From positions 1-39,970 of the forward strand of contig JABDJG010000473.1 in NCBI GenBank assembly GCA_013002595.1: a DNA stretch of 39,970 nucleotides, given 5' to 3'. The notes under the pieces are model-generated. The model was not told the DNA's origin, did not search any database, and saw nothing but the letters and a program-made list of their open reading frames with translations. This stretch comes from Hyphomicrobiales bacterium. Lineage in GTDB: Bacteria > Pseudomonadota > Alphaproteobacteria > Rhizobiales > Aestuariivirgaceae. Both the position numbers and the translations under genes were made by a program. Shown in pieces: positions 17,418 through 27,475 of the stretch (position 1 is its first letter; the number at the start of each line of letters is the position of its first letter).

Positions 17418-17684
17418 GGCCTGTGGACAATTAAGGTTGCAGTGCTGGCGAGGCCCATTTTGCCTCTGGCTAGCTTTGTGCAGCGCCGTAGGGTTGCCCC
17501 CTTCAAGCTGCTCAAATTGACGTCCAGAGGGAAAATGGGCCTTGTCCTTTCAGGATTTGACCCGGTTGGCCCATCTTCAGGGGTGTTCGTCGTCGAATAT
17601 GCCAGCATGTCCTTCCTCCTCACACCCCTAAACCTGAACCAATCGGATCAAACCAGCGCTACGACCTTAATTGTCCACAGGCCC
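17417..17684. mobile_element. 268-bp MITE/RIME-like palindromic element
   Basis: Perfect 21-bp terminal inverted repeats: GGGCCTGTGGACAATTAAGGT (17417-17437) and ACCTTAATTGTCCACAGGCCC (17664-17684). Pairing extends imperfectly for about 11 more bp. Nested internal inverted repeat 17451-17469 / 17524-17542 (18 of 19 match). TA flanks both ends (17415-17416, 17685-17686). No coding capacity recognised. Confidence 0.6.
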
Positions 17685-17770
17685 TAAGACCGTCTGTCCA
17701 GGCTCCAGCCCGACACAAGGTCGACCTGCTCTACTTGAGGCGAGTAGTAACTGGATCCGGAGACAGACCG

Positions 17771-19030
17771 ATGACCTTTAGCGGCGTAATGCGCACCAGC
17801 GTGTCGGGCATGAATGCCCAGGCAAGCCAACTGGCCACAGCGGCCGACAATATCGCCAACACCGATACGGCGGGATACAAGCGAGCCTCGATTGAATTTT
17901 CCAGCCTGATCCCCCAGCAGGCCGGCGGTGGATATACGTCGGGCGGAGTGCTGACGAATGTGCGCAACGAGATCAGCCGGCAAGGCAGTCTGGAATATAC
18001 GACCTCGGTCACGGACCTGGCGGTCAATGGCAACGGCTTCTTCGTCGTCTCGGACACAGATGGGGCAAATTTCCTGACCCGGGCAGGATCGTTTGTCCCC
18101 AATGGTGACGGCGAGTTGGTCAACGCTGCCGGTCTAAAGCTGATGGGATATAGCGTCACCAACGGCACCACCAATGCGGTCGCAAACGGCTTTGCCGGCC
18201 TGGAGACGATCAATGTCTTCGACCTTGCACTCCAGGCGACACCATCCACGACCGGCAGCCTTCAGGTCAATTTCCCGTCGAATGCGCCGATCACGGCGGC
18301 TGGCAGCCTGCCGTCCGACAATGTCGCGACGTCGGAGTTCGCCGGCAAGACATCTATTGTTGCCATTGATAATCTTGGCAATGAAGTCGTGCTTGATATC
18401 TACTCGGCCAAGACAGCTGCCGAAACGTGGGAAATTGCGGTCTATGACCGCGCTGATGCGGCTGCCGGTGGTGGCTTTCCTTATGCGGCCGGGCCGTTGA
18501 CGACCGAAACGTTGACGTACAATGCCACAGACGGACAGTTGACGGCGGCCAGCCCGACATTCATCTCGATTCCGGTGCCCAACGGCAACACGTTGACGAT
18601 GGACATGTCGCAGACCAGTCAGCTCGCGGCCGACTACACGGTTCTGGACGTATCGGCTGATGGCAACCCGCCAAGCAGCGTCGATCTGTTTGAGATTACC
18701 GGAGACGGTGTTGTCTATGCGACCTATCAAAATGGCCAACAGGTTGCGCTGTATCAAATTCCGCTCGCCGATGTGCCGAGCCCTGACAATCTGCTGCCGT
18801 CAACCGGCAATGTGTTCCAGGCAACGCAGGAATCGGGCGACATACAGATCAGCTTTGCCGAGCAGGGCGGCCTGGGCACGATCGTTTCGGGTGCATTGGA
18901 AGAATCGACCGTGGACCTGGCGCATGAACTTACCACCGTCATTCAGGCCCAGCGGAACTACACGGCTAACTCCCGGGTGTTCCAGACAGGTTCAGAGTTG
19001 ATGGACGTGCTCGTCAACCTGAGCCGATAG
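17771..19030 (+). CDS. flgE: flagellar hook protein FlgE
   Basis: Track ORF trimmed to ATG 17771 (GGAGA upstream); 419 aa. N-terminus MTFSGVMRTSVSGMNAQASQLATAADNIANTDTAGYKRA and C-terminus LEESTVDLAHELTTVIQAQRNYTANSRVFQTGSELMDVLVNL. Confidence 0.9.
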   Translation: MTFSGVMRTSVSGMNAQASQLATAADNIANTDTAGYKRASIEFSSLIPQQAGGGYTSGGVLTNVRNEISRQGSLEYTTSVTDLAVNGNGFFVVSDTDGANFLTRAGSFVPNGDGELVNAAGLKLMGYSVTNGTTNAVANGFAGLETINVFDLALQATPSTTGSLQVNFPSNAPITAAGSLPSDNVATSEFAGKTSIVAIDNLGNEVVLDIYSAKTAAETWEIAVYDRADAAAGGGFPYAAGPLTTETLTYNATDGQLTAASPTFISIPVPNGNTLTMDMSQTSQLAADYTVLDVSADGNPPSSVDLFEITGDGVVYATYQNGQQVALYQIPLADVPSPDNLLPSTGNVFQATQESGDIQISFAEQGGLGTIVSGALEESTVDLAHELTTVIQAQRNYTANSRVFQTGSELMDVLVNLSR

Positions 19031-19043
19031 AAGCTAGCAGCCC

Positions 19044-20522
19044 ATGTCGTTAACCGCCGGTCTCAGCATTGCCAAATCCGCACTAGCGGCCTTTTCGGCC
19101 GAGACGGCGGTTGTTTCGCGCAATGTCGCGAGCGCCGGCGAAGACGGCTATGTGCGCCGGGAAGCCAATGTCGTTACGCAGGCGTCTGGCGGCACAAGGG
19201 TGGTATCGGTCGGCCGCGCAGCCGATCGCGCGCTCCTTGAACGGCTGTTGAGCGTCTCTTCCAGCGCGGCGGGGCAGGAAGCCGTTTTGGATAGTCTCAA
19301 CACCCTGCAACGGATCATCGATGATCCGGAGTTTGGTCAGTCTCCTGCCGCACTGGTCGGCGATTTCCAGAATGCAATGCTGCTCTATGCAGACGCACCA
19401 CACGATCTGGTAAGAGCCAGCTCGGCCATTCGCAGCGCCAATGATCTTGTCGAGGCGTTGAACAATGCTTCGGATACGGTGCAACAGGTACGCCAGACCG
19501 CCGATGCCGACATGGCCGCGTCGGTCGACCGTATCAACTCAATCCTGGCCCAGTTCGAAGAGGTCAATTCAGCGATCATCAGAGGCGATAACAAGTCTCT
19601 GGAATACAGCGATCAGCTGGATCTGAGAGATCGTCTTCTACAAGAATTGTCGCAGGAGATGGGCATCCGGACCGTGCGGCGCACGGATGACGACATTGCG
19701 ATATTCACCGATGGGGGCGTGACGCTGTTTGAGAAAACAGCGCGCGATGTATCGTTCCAGGCAACGGAAATCTATACCCCTGGCACGGTCGGAAATGCGG
19801 TCTATGTCGATGGCGTTGCCGTGACCGGGGACAATGCGGTCATGCCGATGAGGGCCGGCAGGCTTGAAGGGCTTGCAGCCGTGCGTGACGATCATGCGGT
19901 CACCTTCCAGATGCAGTTGGATGAAGTTGCCCGCGGCCTGATAGAGGCATTTGCCGAACAGGATCAATCGGCCGTCCCGGCGCTGCCAGATGCTGCCGGC
20001 CTGTTCACCTATGCCGGCGGTCCGGCAGTTCCGCCTGCCGGGACCGCAATCACGGGACTGGCATCGCAGATTGTGGTCAATGCCAATGTCGATCCTGCCC
20101 AGGGCGGCGATGTGGAATTGCTGCGTGACGGCGCCATCTCGAACCCCGGTAATGCGGCATACATTTACAATTCCACCGGCGCGGCCGGTTTTTCCGACAG
20201 ATTGCAACAATTGGTCGATGCCCTGTCGCAGAGCCGTGCGTTCGACCCGGCGGCAGGTGCATTGACCGATACTTCGGTTTCCGGCTTTGCCGGTTCGTCA
20301 GTCTCCTGGCTCGAGGAAACAAGGCGAAGCGCTGATGCAGACGCCAGTTATCAGATTGCGGTTCGTGAACGCGCATCCCAGGCTTTGTCGCACAAAACCG
20401 GCGTAAATGTCGATGAAGAGCTCTCGATGCTGCTGGAACTGGAACGGTCCTATGAAGCATCTGCCCGCCTGATGTCGGCGATTGATGCGATGTATGCAGC
20501 ACTTCTGGATGCAGCGAGGTAG
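19044..20522 (+). CDS. flgK: hook-associated protein 1 FlgK
   Basis: 492 aa. N-terminus MSLTAGLSIAKSALAAFSAETAVVSRNVASAGEDGYVRR and C-terminus VNVDEELSMLLELERSYEASARLMSAIDAMYAALLDA. Follows flgE. Confidence 0.9.
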   Translation: MSLTAGLSIAKSALAAFSAETAVVSRNVASAGEDGYVRREANVVTQASGGTRVVSVGRAADRALLERLLSVSSSAAGQEAVLDSLNTLQRIIDDPEFGQSPAALVGDFQNAMLLYADAPHDLVRASSAIRSANDLVEALNNASDTVQQVRQTADADMAASVDRINSILAQFEEVNSAIIRGDNKSLEYSDQLDLRDRLLQELSQEMGIRTVRRTDDDIAIFTDGGVTLFEKTARDVSFQATEIYTPGTVGNAVYVDGVAVTGDNAVMPMRAGRLEGLAAVRDDHAVTFQMQLDEVARGLIEAFAEQDQSAVPALPDAAGLFTYAGGPAVPPAGTAITGLASQIVVNANVDPAQGGDVELLRDGAISNPGNAAYIYNSTGAAGFSDRLQQLVDALSQSRAFDPAAGALTDTSVSGFAGSSVSWLEETRRSADADASYQIAVRERASQALSHKTGVNVDEELSMLLELERSYEASARLMSAIDAMYAALLDAAR

Positions 20523-20527
20523 ATGGC

Positions 20528-21577
20528 GTGAAGACTACATTTATCTCAACGCCGGCGATTGCCAACGCGACGCGTTTGTCGCTGATGCGCATGCAAAATG
20601 ACATGACGGAGCTGAATACCGAACTGTCTACGGGGCGCCATGCCGATGTTGGTCTGCATTTGGGCCATCGGACCGGGCGCACGGTATCGCTGCGCAGCGA
20701 GCATGCGCTACTCAACCAGCTGACCGATACCAATTCGCTGGTTCAAAGCCGTTTGGAAACGACCCAAATCGCTCTGGGCGGCTTGACCGAACGGGCGCAG
20801 GGCTTTGTCGATATCACCATTGCATCGCGTGACGGTTGGACCGGGCCGCACGTCGGCGTTGCAGATGCACGTGACGCGCTATCGATGTTTGCGGCGCAAC
20901 TCAACAGCTCGATTGACGGCGAGTTTGTGTTTGCCGGCATCAACTCTGATGTTGCACCGATGGAGGATTACTTTGGCACGCCGGCAAGCGCAGCCAAGCA
21001 GGCAGTTGATGCAGCCTTTCTGGCTGAATTCGGCATCAACCAGTCGGACCCGGCGGTCGCCAATATCACTGCGGCCGATATGACGACATTCGTTGATGGG
21101 GCATTTGCCGCTCTGTTCGACGATCCGGCATGGGGGGCCACCTGGTCGAGCGCATCGGATCAGGATGTCAGCAGCAGAATATCGCCGGATACGGTGATCG
21201 AGACCGGCACGAACGCCAATATCAGTCCGTTTCGCAAGCTTGCCATGGCTTTCACGATGATGGCCGATCTTGGCGGGGAAACCTTGAACGACCAGGCCTT
21301 CAAGGTGCTGACCGACAAGGCAGCGGTGATCGCCAGCCAGGGTATTCACGAACTGGCCCTGGCGCAGGGCGATGTCGGCGTCGATCAACAACGGATCGAA
21401 CGGGCCGACCGGATCATGTCGCTGCAACTCGACACTTTGAACGAGGCCATCATCAATCTCGAAGCGGTCGATCCTTATGAAACGTCGACGCGCCTCAATC
21501 AACTCATCAGTCAGCTAGAAGTCTCGTACGCGGTGACGGGCCGCCTGCAGCAACTCTCGCTGGTCAGATACATATAG
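20528..21577 (+). CDS. flgL: hook-associated protein 3 FlgL
   Basis: 349 aa, GTG start. Flagellin-like N-terminus (LSLMRMQNDMTELNTELSTGRHADVG) and C-terminus (VDPYETSTRLNQLISQLEVSYAVTGRLQQLSLVRYI). Follows flgK. Confidence 0.8.
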   Translation: MKTTFISTPAIANATRLSLMRMQNDMTELNTELSTGRHADVGLHLGHRTGRTVSLRSEHALLNQLTDTNSLVQSRLETTQIALGGLTERAQGFVDITIASRDGWTGPHVGVADARDALSMFAAQLNSSIDGEFVFAGINSDVAPMEDYFGTPASAAKQAVDAAFLAEFGINQSDPAVANITAADMTTFVDGAFAALFDDPAWGATWSSASDQDVSSRISPDTVIETGTNANISPFRKLAMAFTMMADLGGETLNDQAFKVLTDKAAVIASQGIHELALAQGDVGVDQQRIERADRIMSLQLDTLNEAIINLEAVDPYETSTRLNQLISQLEVSYAVTGRLQQLSLVRYI

Positions 21578-21601
21578 GACGCTAACTTCTAAGGGAGCAA
21601 A

Positions 21602-21949
21602 ATGTACAAGTTCAATTATGCGGACGTCCTAGAGGACACCGGACAAGCGGCGCGCGAAGACGAGGCTACAGCAATCGAGCAATCGATCGAAATGCTGGAA
21701 AAGGCCCAGGCTGCCGGTGCCCGATCGCGAGAGGCCATCGAGGCGTTGTTCTATCTTCGCCGGCTTTGGTCGTTGTTGATCGAAGACCTTGCCAAGCCGG
21801 AAAACGATTTGCCGGAGTCGCTGAGAGCCGACCTGATTTCCATTGGCATGTGGATCATGCGTCAGGCCGAAAATATCCGAACCGGAAACTCGGACGACTT
21901 CAAGGGTCTGATCGACGTCTCCAAAATTATCGTGGCAGGTTTGAAGTGA
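21602..21949 (+). CDS. flaF: flagellin synthesis regulator FlaF
   Basis: 115 aa with AAGGGAG upstream. FlaF-type sequence ...REAIEALFYLRRLWSLLIEDLAKPENDLPESLRADLISIGMWIMRQAENI. Paired with flbT. Confidence 0.85.
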   Translation: MYKFNYADVLEDTGQAAREDEATAIEQSIEMLEKAQAAGARSREAIEALFYLRRLWSLLIEDLAKPENDLPESLRADLISIGMWIMRQAENIRTGNSDDFKGLIDVSKIIVAGLK

Positions 21950-22410
21950 GCCAATCATTCCACCTTTCTCTTCGCGCCGGCGAGAAAATCTACCTTAATG
22001 GAGCTGTCCTGAGGGCCGACCGGAAGGTCACGCTTGAACTGCTCAATGATGTGACTTTCCTGCTTGAAAGCCATGTCCTGCAGGCGGACGAGGCAACCAC
22101 ACCGCTACGTCAATTGTATTTTGTGGTTCAGACCATGCTCATGGAGCCGGATGAAATGGACGCCAAGCTTGAGCTGTTTCGTGAGTTCCACAAAGCGCAA
22201 CTCAACACGTTCGAATCGCCTGAGATTGTTACTGAGCTGGACGAGGTTGGCCGTCTTGTGGAGAGCAAAAAGCACTTCGAGGCGCTTCGCACCATTCGAA
22301 GGATGTTCGCGCTGGAGAGTGAAATCATGTCGCCGCCAGCGCCCCAGCCCGAGACCGGCGCTGTACCTGTGATCGAGAGGAGTATCAAAGATGGAAGTTA
22401 CGCCGCTTAG
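21946..22410 (+). CDS. flbT: flagellin translation regulator FlbT
   Basis: Track ORF 21766-22410 trimmed to GTG 21946 (GTGA overlap with the flaF stop); 154 aa. The N-terminus SLRAGEKIYLNGAVLRADRKVTLELLNDVTFLLESHVLQ is the FlbT signature. Confidence 0.85.
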   Translation: MSQSFHLSLRAGEKIYLNGAVLRADRKVTLELLNDVTFLLESHVLQADEATTPLRQLYFVVQTMLMEPDEMDAKLELFREFHKAQLNTFESPEIVTELDEVGRLVESKKHFEALRTIRRMFALESEIMSPPAPQPETGAVPVIERSIKDGSYAA

Positions 22411-22783
22411 TTCGTTTGCCCCATCGGCTCAAGCAGAGCCGACGTCGGCTGCCAGCCTGGACTACAATGCATTTTTGCGCCTGTTGATCGCACAGATGCA
22501 AAACCAGGATCCGCTCAATCCGATGGAGGGGACAGAATACACCGCACAGCTGGCCCAGTTCTCCAGCGTGGAGCAATCGATCCAGACGAACCAGAAGCTT
22601 GACTCCTTGATGACATCGTTCTCCCTGTCCCAGGCAGAATCAATGATCGGCCGGACACTCACATCGGCCGACGGCAAAGTGTCGGGCGTGGTCGAGGCGG
22701 TCAACATCCTGTCGTCTGGCAGCATCGCGCAATTGCAGGATGGTCAAAGGGTTCCTTTGGGGGCCGGCATAACAATAAGCTGA
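22391..22783 (+). CDS. flgD: hook capping/scaffold protein FlgD (short form)
   Basis: 130 aa with GAGGAG upstream; overlaps the flbT end by 20 nt. The block LDYNAFLRLLIAQMQNQDPLNPMEGTEYTAQLAQFSSVEQ is the FlgD N-terminal signature. Confidence 0.85.
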   Translation: MEVTPLSSFAPSAQAEPTSAASLDYNAFLRLLIAQMQNQDPLNPMEGTEYTAQLAQFSSVEQSIQTNQKLDSLMTSFSLSQAESMIGRTLTSADGKVSGVVEAVNILSSGSIAQLQDGQRVPLGAGITIS

Positions 22784-22818
22784 CACATGAACGAAGCTGA
22801 CACATGAACGAAGCTGAC
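22779..22818 (+). repeat. perfect 17-bp tandem duplication (2.35 copies) spanning the flgD stop and fliQ start
   Basis: GCTGACACATGAACGAA occurs at 22779-22795 and again at 22796-22812, followed by a partial GCTGAC at 22813-22818. Each full copy contains ATGAACGAAGCTGAC (M-N-E-A-D). Confidence 0.85.
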
Positions 22819-23070
22819 GCGCTGGAGATCCTGCAGGCTGCGATCTGGACGACCATTATCGCATCTGGCCCAGCGGTCGCCGTTGCGATGGTCGTTGGTA
22901 CGTCCATTGCGCTCATGCAGGCACTGACGCAGGTGCAGGAACTTACCCTGACCTTCATTCCCAAGATCGTTGCCATCCTGGTGACGATCTCATTTACCGC
23001 GACCTTCATCGGGGCGCAGGTCTATCAGTTTACCATTCTGGTCTATTCGCGGGTTGAGACCGGCTTCTGA
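22804..23070 (+). CDS. fliQ: flagellar export gate protein FliQ
   Basis: 88 aa. MNEADALEILQAAIWTTIIASGPAVAVAMVVGTSIALMQALTQVQELTLTFIPKIVAI is the FliQ signature. Confidence 0.95.
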   Translation: MNEADALEILQAAIWTTIIASGPAVAVAMVVGTSIALMQALTQVQELTLTFIPKIVAILVTISFTATFIGAQVYQFTILVYSRVETGF

Positions 23071-23140
23071 AACTTAAAGAGCATGTTCGCGCAAGGTTGG
23101 CGCACTACCGTGGCTTCAGTCAGTGATATTGGAGGGCGGT

Positions 23141-25231
23141 ATGTCGGATTCGACCATTTCCGCAACAGCACCATCATCAAATCGGGATACGCGTGACGTC
23201 GGCTTTGCGGTTGGTGTCATCATTATCCTCACGGTTCTGTTTTTGCCGATTCCGGCGGTGCTGATCGATATCGGCCTGGCCTTGTCGATTGCTCTATCGG
23301 TGCTGGTGCTGATGGTGGCGTTGTGGATCCAGAAACCGCTCGAATTCTCTGCATTCCCAACGGTACTGTTGATCGCGACGATGCTCCGGCTCTCACTCAA
23401 TGTCGCTTCAACGCGGTTGATCCTGGCCAACGGCGCGGAAGGCTATGGCGCGGCCGGGCGGGTGATTGGCGGGTTCTCCAGTTTTGTCATGAACGGTGAC
23501 TTTGTTATCGGCCTGATTGTCTTTGCCATTTTGATCACGGTGAACTTTCTGGTGATCACAAAAGGTGCCACCCGGATTGCAGAAGTCGGTGCCCGTTTCA
23601 CGCTCGATGCGATTCCGGGCAAGCAAATGGCGATAGATGCGGATCTTTCGGCTGGTCTGATCGATGACAAGGAGGCGCAGCAGCGCCGCCGGGAGTTGGA
23701 AGAGGAAAGTTCATTCTTTGGTTCCATGGACGGTGCGTCGAAGTTTGTCCGCGGCGATGCGATTGCGGGTCTCATCATTACCGCAATCAACATTTTCGGT
23801 GGCATCGTCATCGGCATCACACGGCACGGCATGGAGCTTGGAGAAGCAGCAGACGTTTATACGCAGCTTTCAGTTGGTGACGGGCTTGTGTCTCAGATCC
23901 CGGCGTTGATCGTATCGTTGGCCGCCGGTTTGCTTGTCTCGAAAGGCGGCACGCGAGGCTCGGCGGAAAAGGCGGTGCTCGGGCAATTGGGCAAGTATCC
24001 GCGCGCCTTGATGGTGGCTGCACTCTTAATGTTCATCCTGGCGCTGGTCCCCAAGCTGCCGCTGCTGCCGTTTGCGATGCTTGGCGTCTTGATGTCGGTC
24101 ATGGGACTGACAATTGTCGGCCAGCGCGAGACCGAGCGGCGGACAATTGAACTGCGGTCTGAAGAGGCTGAGCAACAGGCGGCAGATGAAGCACGCAACT
24201 CGGTAAAGGAATCTCTGCAGGCCAGCGAAATCGAGCTGTGCCTGGGCAAGCAACTTTCCACCAAGTTCATGTCCTCGCACAGCGAGCTGGCACACCGGGT
24301 GGCCAAGATGCGCCGCAAGTTCGCCCGGCAATACGGCTTTGTCATTCCCGATATCAAACTCAGTGACGATCTTTCGGTGGAGCCGAAGAACTATGAGATC
24401 AAGATACACGGCACCGCTGTTGCCGTGGAGAATTTGCGCCTAGGCGATGTGATGGTCATTATTGGCGATGGTCCGGGTCCGGACGTGCCCGGCGATGAAA
24501 CCCGCGAGCCGGCATTTGGCATGAAGAGCATGTGGACGTCGGAACACTTTGCCGATGAGATCAAAAAACAAGGCTTCACGACCGTCGATACCATGTCGGT
24601 AATGTTGACGCATCTGAGCGAGGTTGTACGCAACAACCTGTCGCAATTGCTGTCCTACAAGGACATGCGGGCGTTGATTGACCGCCTGGACCCTGAGTAC
24701 CATCGCCTTGTAGAAGAGTTGTGCCCAGCGCATCTGTCCTATTCCGGGCTGCAGGCCGTCTTCAAGTTGTTGCTGGCCGAACGGGTGTCGATCCGCAACA
24801 TGCACCTGATCCTTGAAGCGGTTGCCGAAATTGCGCCACATGTGCGCCGGCCCGAGCAGATTGTCGAGCACGTGCGGATGCGCGTCGGCCAGCAGATCTG
24901 CGGCGATCTCATGAGTGACAACAAACTGACGGTTCTGCGTTTGGGCAATCGCTGGGATCTGGTCTTCCATCAGAGCCTGAAACGCGATGCCAATGGCGAA
25001 GTTGTTGAGTTTGATATCGATCCCAAACTAGTCGAAGAGTTTGCCACCGAGGCTTCTGATGTGATCAAGGAGCACATGAACACAGGACGTAGTTTCGTGC
25101 TGGTAACCGCACCGGATGCCCGGCCTTACGTGCGCCTGGTCGTTGAGCGGATCTTTGCGACTTTGCCGGTTCTGTCACATGTCGAGATTGCGCGCGGTGT
25201 CACGGTTGAATCGCTTGGGACGATTTCGTGA
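23141..25231 (+). CDS. flhA: flagellar export gate protein FlhA
   Basis: Track ORF trimmed to ATG 23141 (GGAGGG upstream); 696 aa. FHIPEP-family TM region ([24 protein letters not shown]...[51 protein letters not shown]) plus a cytoplasmic domain. Confidence 0.95.
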   Translation: MSDSTISATAPSSNRDTRDVGFAVGVIIILTVLFLPIPAVLIDIGLALSIALSVLVLMVALWIQKPLEFSAFPTVLLIATMLRLSLNVASTRLILANGAEGYGAAGRVIGGFSSFVMNGDFVIGLIVFAILITVNFLVITKGATRIAEVGARFTLDAIPGKQMAIDADLSAGLIDDKEAQQRRRELEEESSFFGSMDGASKFVRGDAIAGLIITAINIFGGIVIGITRHGMELGEAADVYTQLSVGDGLVSQIPALIVSLAAGLLVSKGGTRGSAEKAVLGQLGKYPRALMVAALLMFILALVPKLPLLPFAMLGVLMSVMGLTIVGQRETERRTIELRSEEAEQQAADEARNSVKESLQASEIELCLGKQLSTKFMSSHSELAHRVAKMRRKFARQYGFVIPDIKLSDDLSVEPKNYEIKIHGTAVAVENLRLGDVMVIIGDGPGPDVPGDETREPAFGMKSMWTSEHFADEIKKQGFTTVDTMSVMLTHLSEVVRNNLSQLLSYKDMRALIDRLDPEYHRLVEELCPAHLSYSGLQAVFKLLLAERVSIRNMHLILEAVAEIAPHVRRPEQIVEHVRMRVGQQICGDLMSDNKLTVLRLGNRWDLVFHQSLKRDANGEVVEFDIDPKLVEEFATEASDVIKEHMNTGRSFVLVTAPDARPYVRLVVERIFATLPVLSHVEIARGVTVESLGTIS

Positions 25232-25983
25232 CGCCCTATGCGTTTCCGCTGATCTTGTCAGCGTTCCTGGTGTTTTGCCGTGTCGGTGGCTGCTTGATGC
25301 TGATGCCGGGCTTTGCGAGCTCGCGGGTGCCGGTACGGGTACGCTTGCTGATCGTGCTGGCCATTTCGCTGACCATGAGCCCGCTGCTGGTGCCAAAACT
25401 CTACCTGCTGGTCTCGGCCGAAGAACCGGCTAGGCTGGTTCAGCTGGTTTTCTCCGAGACTGCCAAGGGCATGCTGATCGGCCTTGTCGGCCGGCTGTTT
25501 CTGGCGGCGATCGAGCTGGCCGGAAACTCAATGGCAGCCATGGCAGGTTTCAGCGCATTGCCCGGCGTTCCGATCGAAGGCAATGAGCCGATACCGGCGC
25601 TGGCATCCTTGATGGTCGTTTCGGCAACCTTGTTCATTCTGGTGCTTGATCTGCACTGGATGGTGCTGTTCATGATAGCAGACAGCTACAACGCATTGCC
25701 GGTCGGGGACGTTTTCGAGGCCCGCCCGTCGCTTGTCGTTCTGGCCGATAAGCTCTTTGAAACCACGCTTTTGGCCGGCAGGCTGGCAGCACCATTCATT
25801 ATCTATTCAATCCTGATCAACCTGGCGATGGGGCTGACCAACAAGCTGACGCCGCAGATACCTGTGTTCTTTGTGTCATTGCCCTTTATCCTGGCGGGCG
25901 GTCTGTTTTTGTGGTGGTTCACCGTGCATGATGCGTTGCGTACATTCGGTGCGGCCATGGCACGCTGGCTTGGCGGATACTGA
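25228..25983 (+). CDS. fliR: flagellar export gate protein FliR
   Basis: 251 aa, GTGA overlap with flhA. Polytopic membrane protein; N-terminus [36 protein letters not shown] is typical of FliR. Confidence 0.9.
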   Translation: MTPYAFPLILSAFLVFCRVGGCLMLMPGFASSRVPVRVRLLIVLAISLTMSPLLVPKLYLLVSAEEPARLVQLVFSETAKGMLIGLVGRLFLAAIELAGNSMAAMAGFSALPGVPIEGNEPIPALASLMVVSATLFILVLDLHWMVLFMIADSYNALPVGDVFEARPSLVVLADKLFETTLLAGRLAAPFIIYSILINLAMGLTNKLTPQIPVFFVSLPFILAGGLFLWWFTVHDALRTFGAAMARWLGGY

Positions 25984-25986
25984 GCG

Positions 25987-26400
25987 ATGGCCGGGATCAA
26001 GACCAAGCGCATGGCCAGGGTGCTCAAGGTGTTGCAAAGTCTTCGTCAGCGCGAAGAGGCCAGACTTGGTGCGATGGAACGGCGGTCATACGCACTGAAG
26101 TCTGCCCAGAGCAGTGCAATCGCGACCCTTAATGACCAATACGAACTCGATCGGCCGCAAGCTGCCGGCTTTTCCCGATTGATAGCCGATCAGTTGCGGC
26201 TGTGCGCGGCACAGGAACAGGCCGCTGAACAGCAAGCAGCAAGACAGCGCGACAGGTTGGCGATGCGGCGCGGGCTTGAAAGGGTCACAGAGCAGCTTGT
26301 CAACGATCTCAGCCAGGCCGACCAGCGCAGTGATGAAGCGGCCGGGCTGCAAGACGTGATCGATGTCTATCGCGGCAAGCCTGCGGCAAGCAAACAGTGA
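25987..26400 (+). CDS. hypothetical coiled-coil protein in flagellar operon (FliJ-like by size and composition only)
   Basis: 137 aa, starting 3 nt after the fliR stop. Arg/Gln/Glu/Ala-rich and predicted helical. No motif recognised. Confidence 0.45.
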   Translation: MAGIKTKRMARVLKVLQSLRQREEARLGAMERRSYALKSAQSSAIATLNDQYELDRPQAAGFSRLIADQLRLCAAQEQAAEQQAARQRDRLAMRRGLERVTEQLVNDLSQADQRSDEAAGLQDVIDVYRGKPAASKQ

Positions 26401-26445
26401 CATGATTGTTGCTCAGGCCATTGTATGATCAAGGACCCTTAACGC

Positions 26446-27090
26446 ATGTCCATTTCACCACCAGGCGATATCGTTCTCGATGTGCTGCGCGCATCGGATC
26501 CGGTCCGCCAGCAGGCAGCCACACAAAAGCTGAGCCGTATTGCCGAACCGGTCATCAGGCCGACGGCAGCGACACCGGAGCGAGCATCGTTCGAAACCAA
26601 GATATCTGCGATGCAAGGTGGCTATCGGGCAAATCTGGCGGGCGCCGGGCGTCCGGCAGCCAATTCCGTGGTGGGTTCCGCTCATCGGCAGTTCGAAACA
26701 CTGATTTTGAAGGATTTTGTGCAGCGGATGCTGCCGGCCGAGGCCGAAGCAACTTTTGGCGAGGGTACCGCCGGCAGCATCTGGAAATCGTGGATGGCCG
26801 ATGCGGTAGCAACCGAGGTCGCCAAATCCGGCGGGGTCGGAATTTCCAATATGCTGGAGCCAGCGCCAGTTGCACAGCAGGCCAAGTTGACGGCTCCAAC
26901 GAATGTGGCCGAACAGGCCCAGCCCATTTCACAGCCTCAGGTGGTCGTCGGGCCGGTTGAACAGCCTTCCGGTTTGAGTGGCTTTGTTGCCAAACTGCAA
27001 GAGATTTTCCTGGGGATCTTCGGTGACGGCAGGTCTGCCGCGGCAGCTGGCGAGAACCAGCAACGATCGAGGCCCGCATTCGATGTATGA
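26446..27090 (+). CDS. flgJ: rod-binding protein FlgJ (single-domain, no muramidase)
   Basis: 214 aa. Central block RQFETLILKDFVQRMLPAEAEATFGEGTAGSIWKSWMADAVATEVAKSGGVGISNML matches the FlgJ N-terminal rod-binding domain pattern. Confidence 0.7.
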   Translation: MSISPPGDIVLDVLRASDPVRQQAATQKLSRIAEPVIRPTAATPERASFETKISAMQGGYRANLAGAGRPAANSVVGSAHRQFETLILKDFVQRMLPAEAEATFGEGTAGSIWKSWMADAVATEVAKSGGVGISNMLEPAPVAQQAKLTAPTNVAEQAQPISQPQVVVGPVEQPSGLSGFVAKLQEIFLGIFGDGRSAAAAGENQQRSRPAFDV

Positions 27091-27475
27091 GACGGGTCTC
27101 AATTCAGTATCGGGCGCTGGCATGCAAAGCCAGGAGCTGCTGACAATGGTGGAGCGCCTTGAGGAGGTCGTGGATGCAGAAACGGCGGCACTTACCGAGC
27201 ACCGGGTCATGGATCTTGCGGTCTATACGCGCAAGAAGAGCCAGTTGTTGCTTGAGGTCACCAGACTTACGCGGATGATGAAGCTGCCGAGTGCAGATGC
27301 CAAGCTGCACAGTCAGCTGCAGAGTTTGAGATCGAGTCTCGATCTTAATCGCACAACGCTGGATCTGCATTTAAGAGCCGCAAATCAGTTGACCGAAGTC
27401 ATCTCAGACGCCGTCAGGGCAGCAGAATCCGATGGAACCTATTCTGCATCCCAATACGGCGACCGGTTCGTCTGA
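27083..27475 (+). CDS. hypothetical helical protein in flagellar operon (FlgN-like guess only)
   Basis: Track ORF 26978-27475 trimmed to ATG 27083 (8-nt overlap with the flgJ end; ATG 27122 alternative); 130 aa. Helical and Leu/Thr/Glu-rich. No motif recognised. Confidence 0.4.
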   Translation: MYETGLNSVSGAGMQSQELLTMVERLEEVVDAETAALTEHRVMDLAVYTRKKSQLLLEVTRLTRMMKLPSADAKLHSQLQSLRSSLDLNRTTLDLHLRAANQLTEVISDAVRAAESDGTYSASQYGDRFV

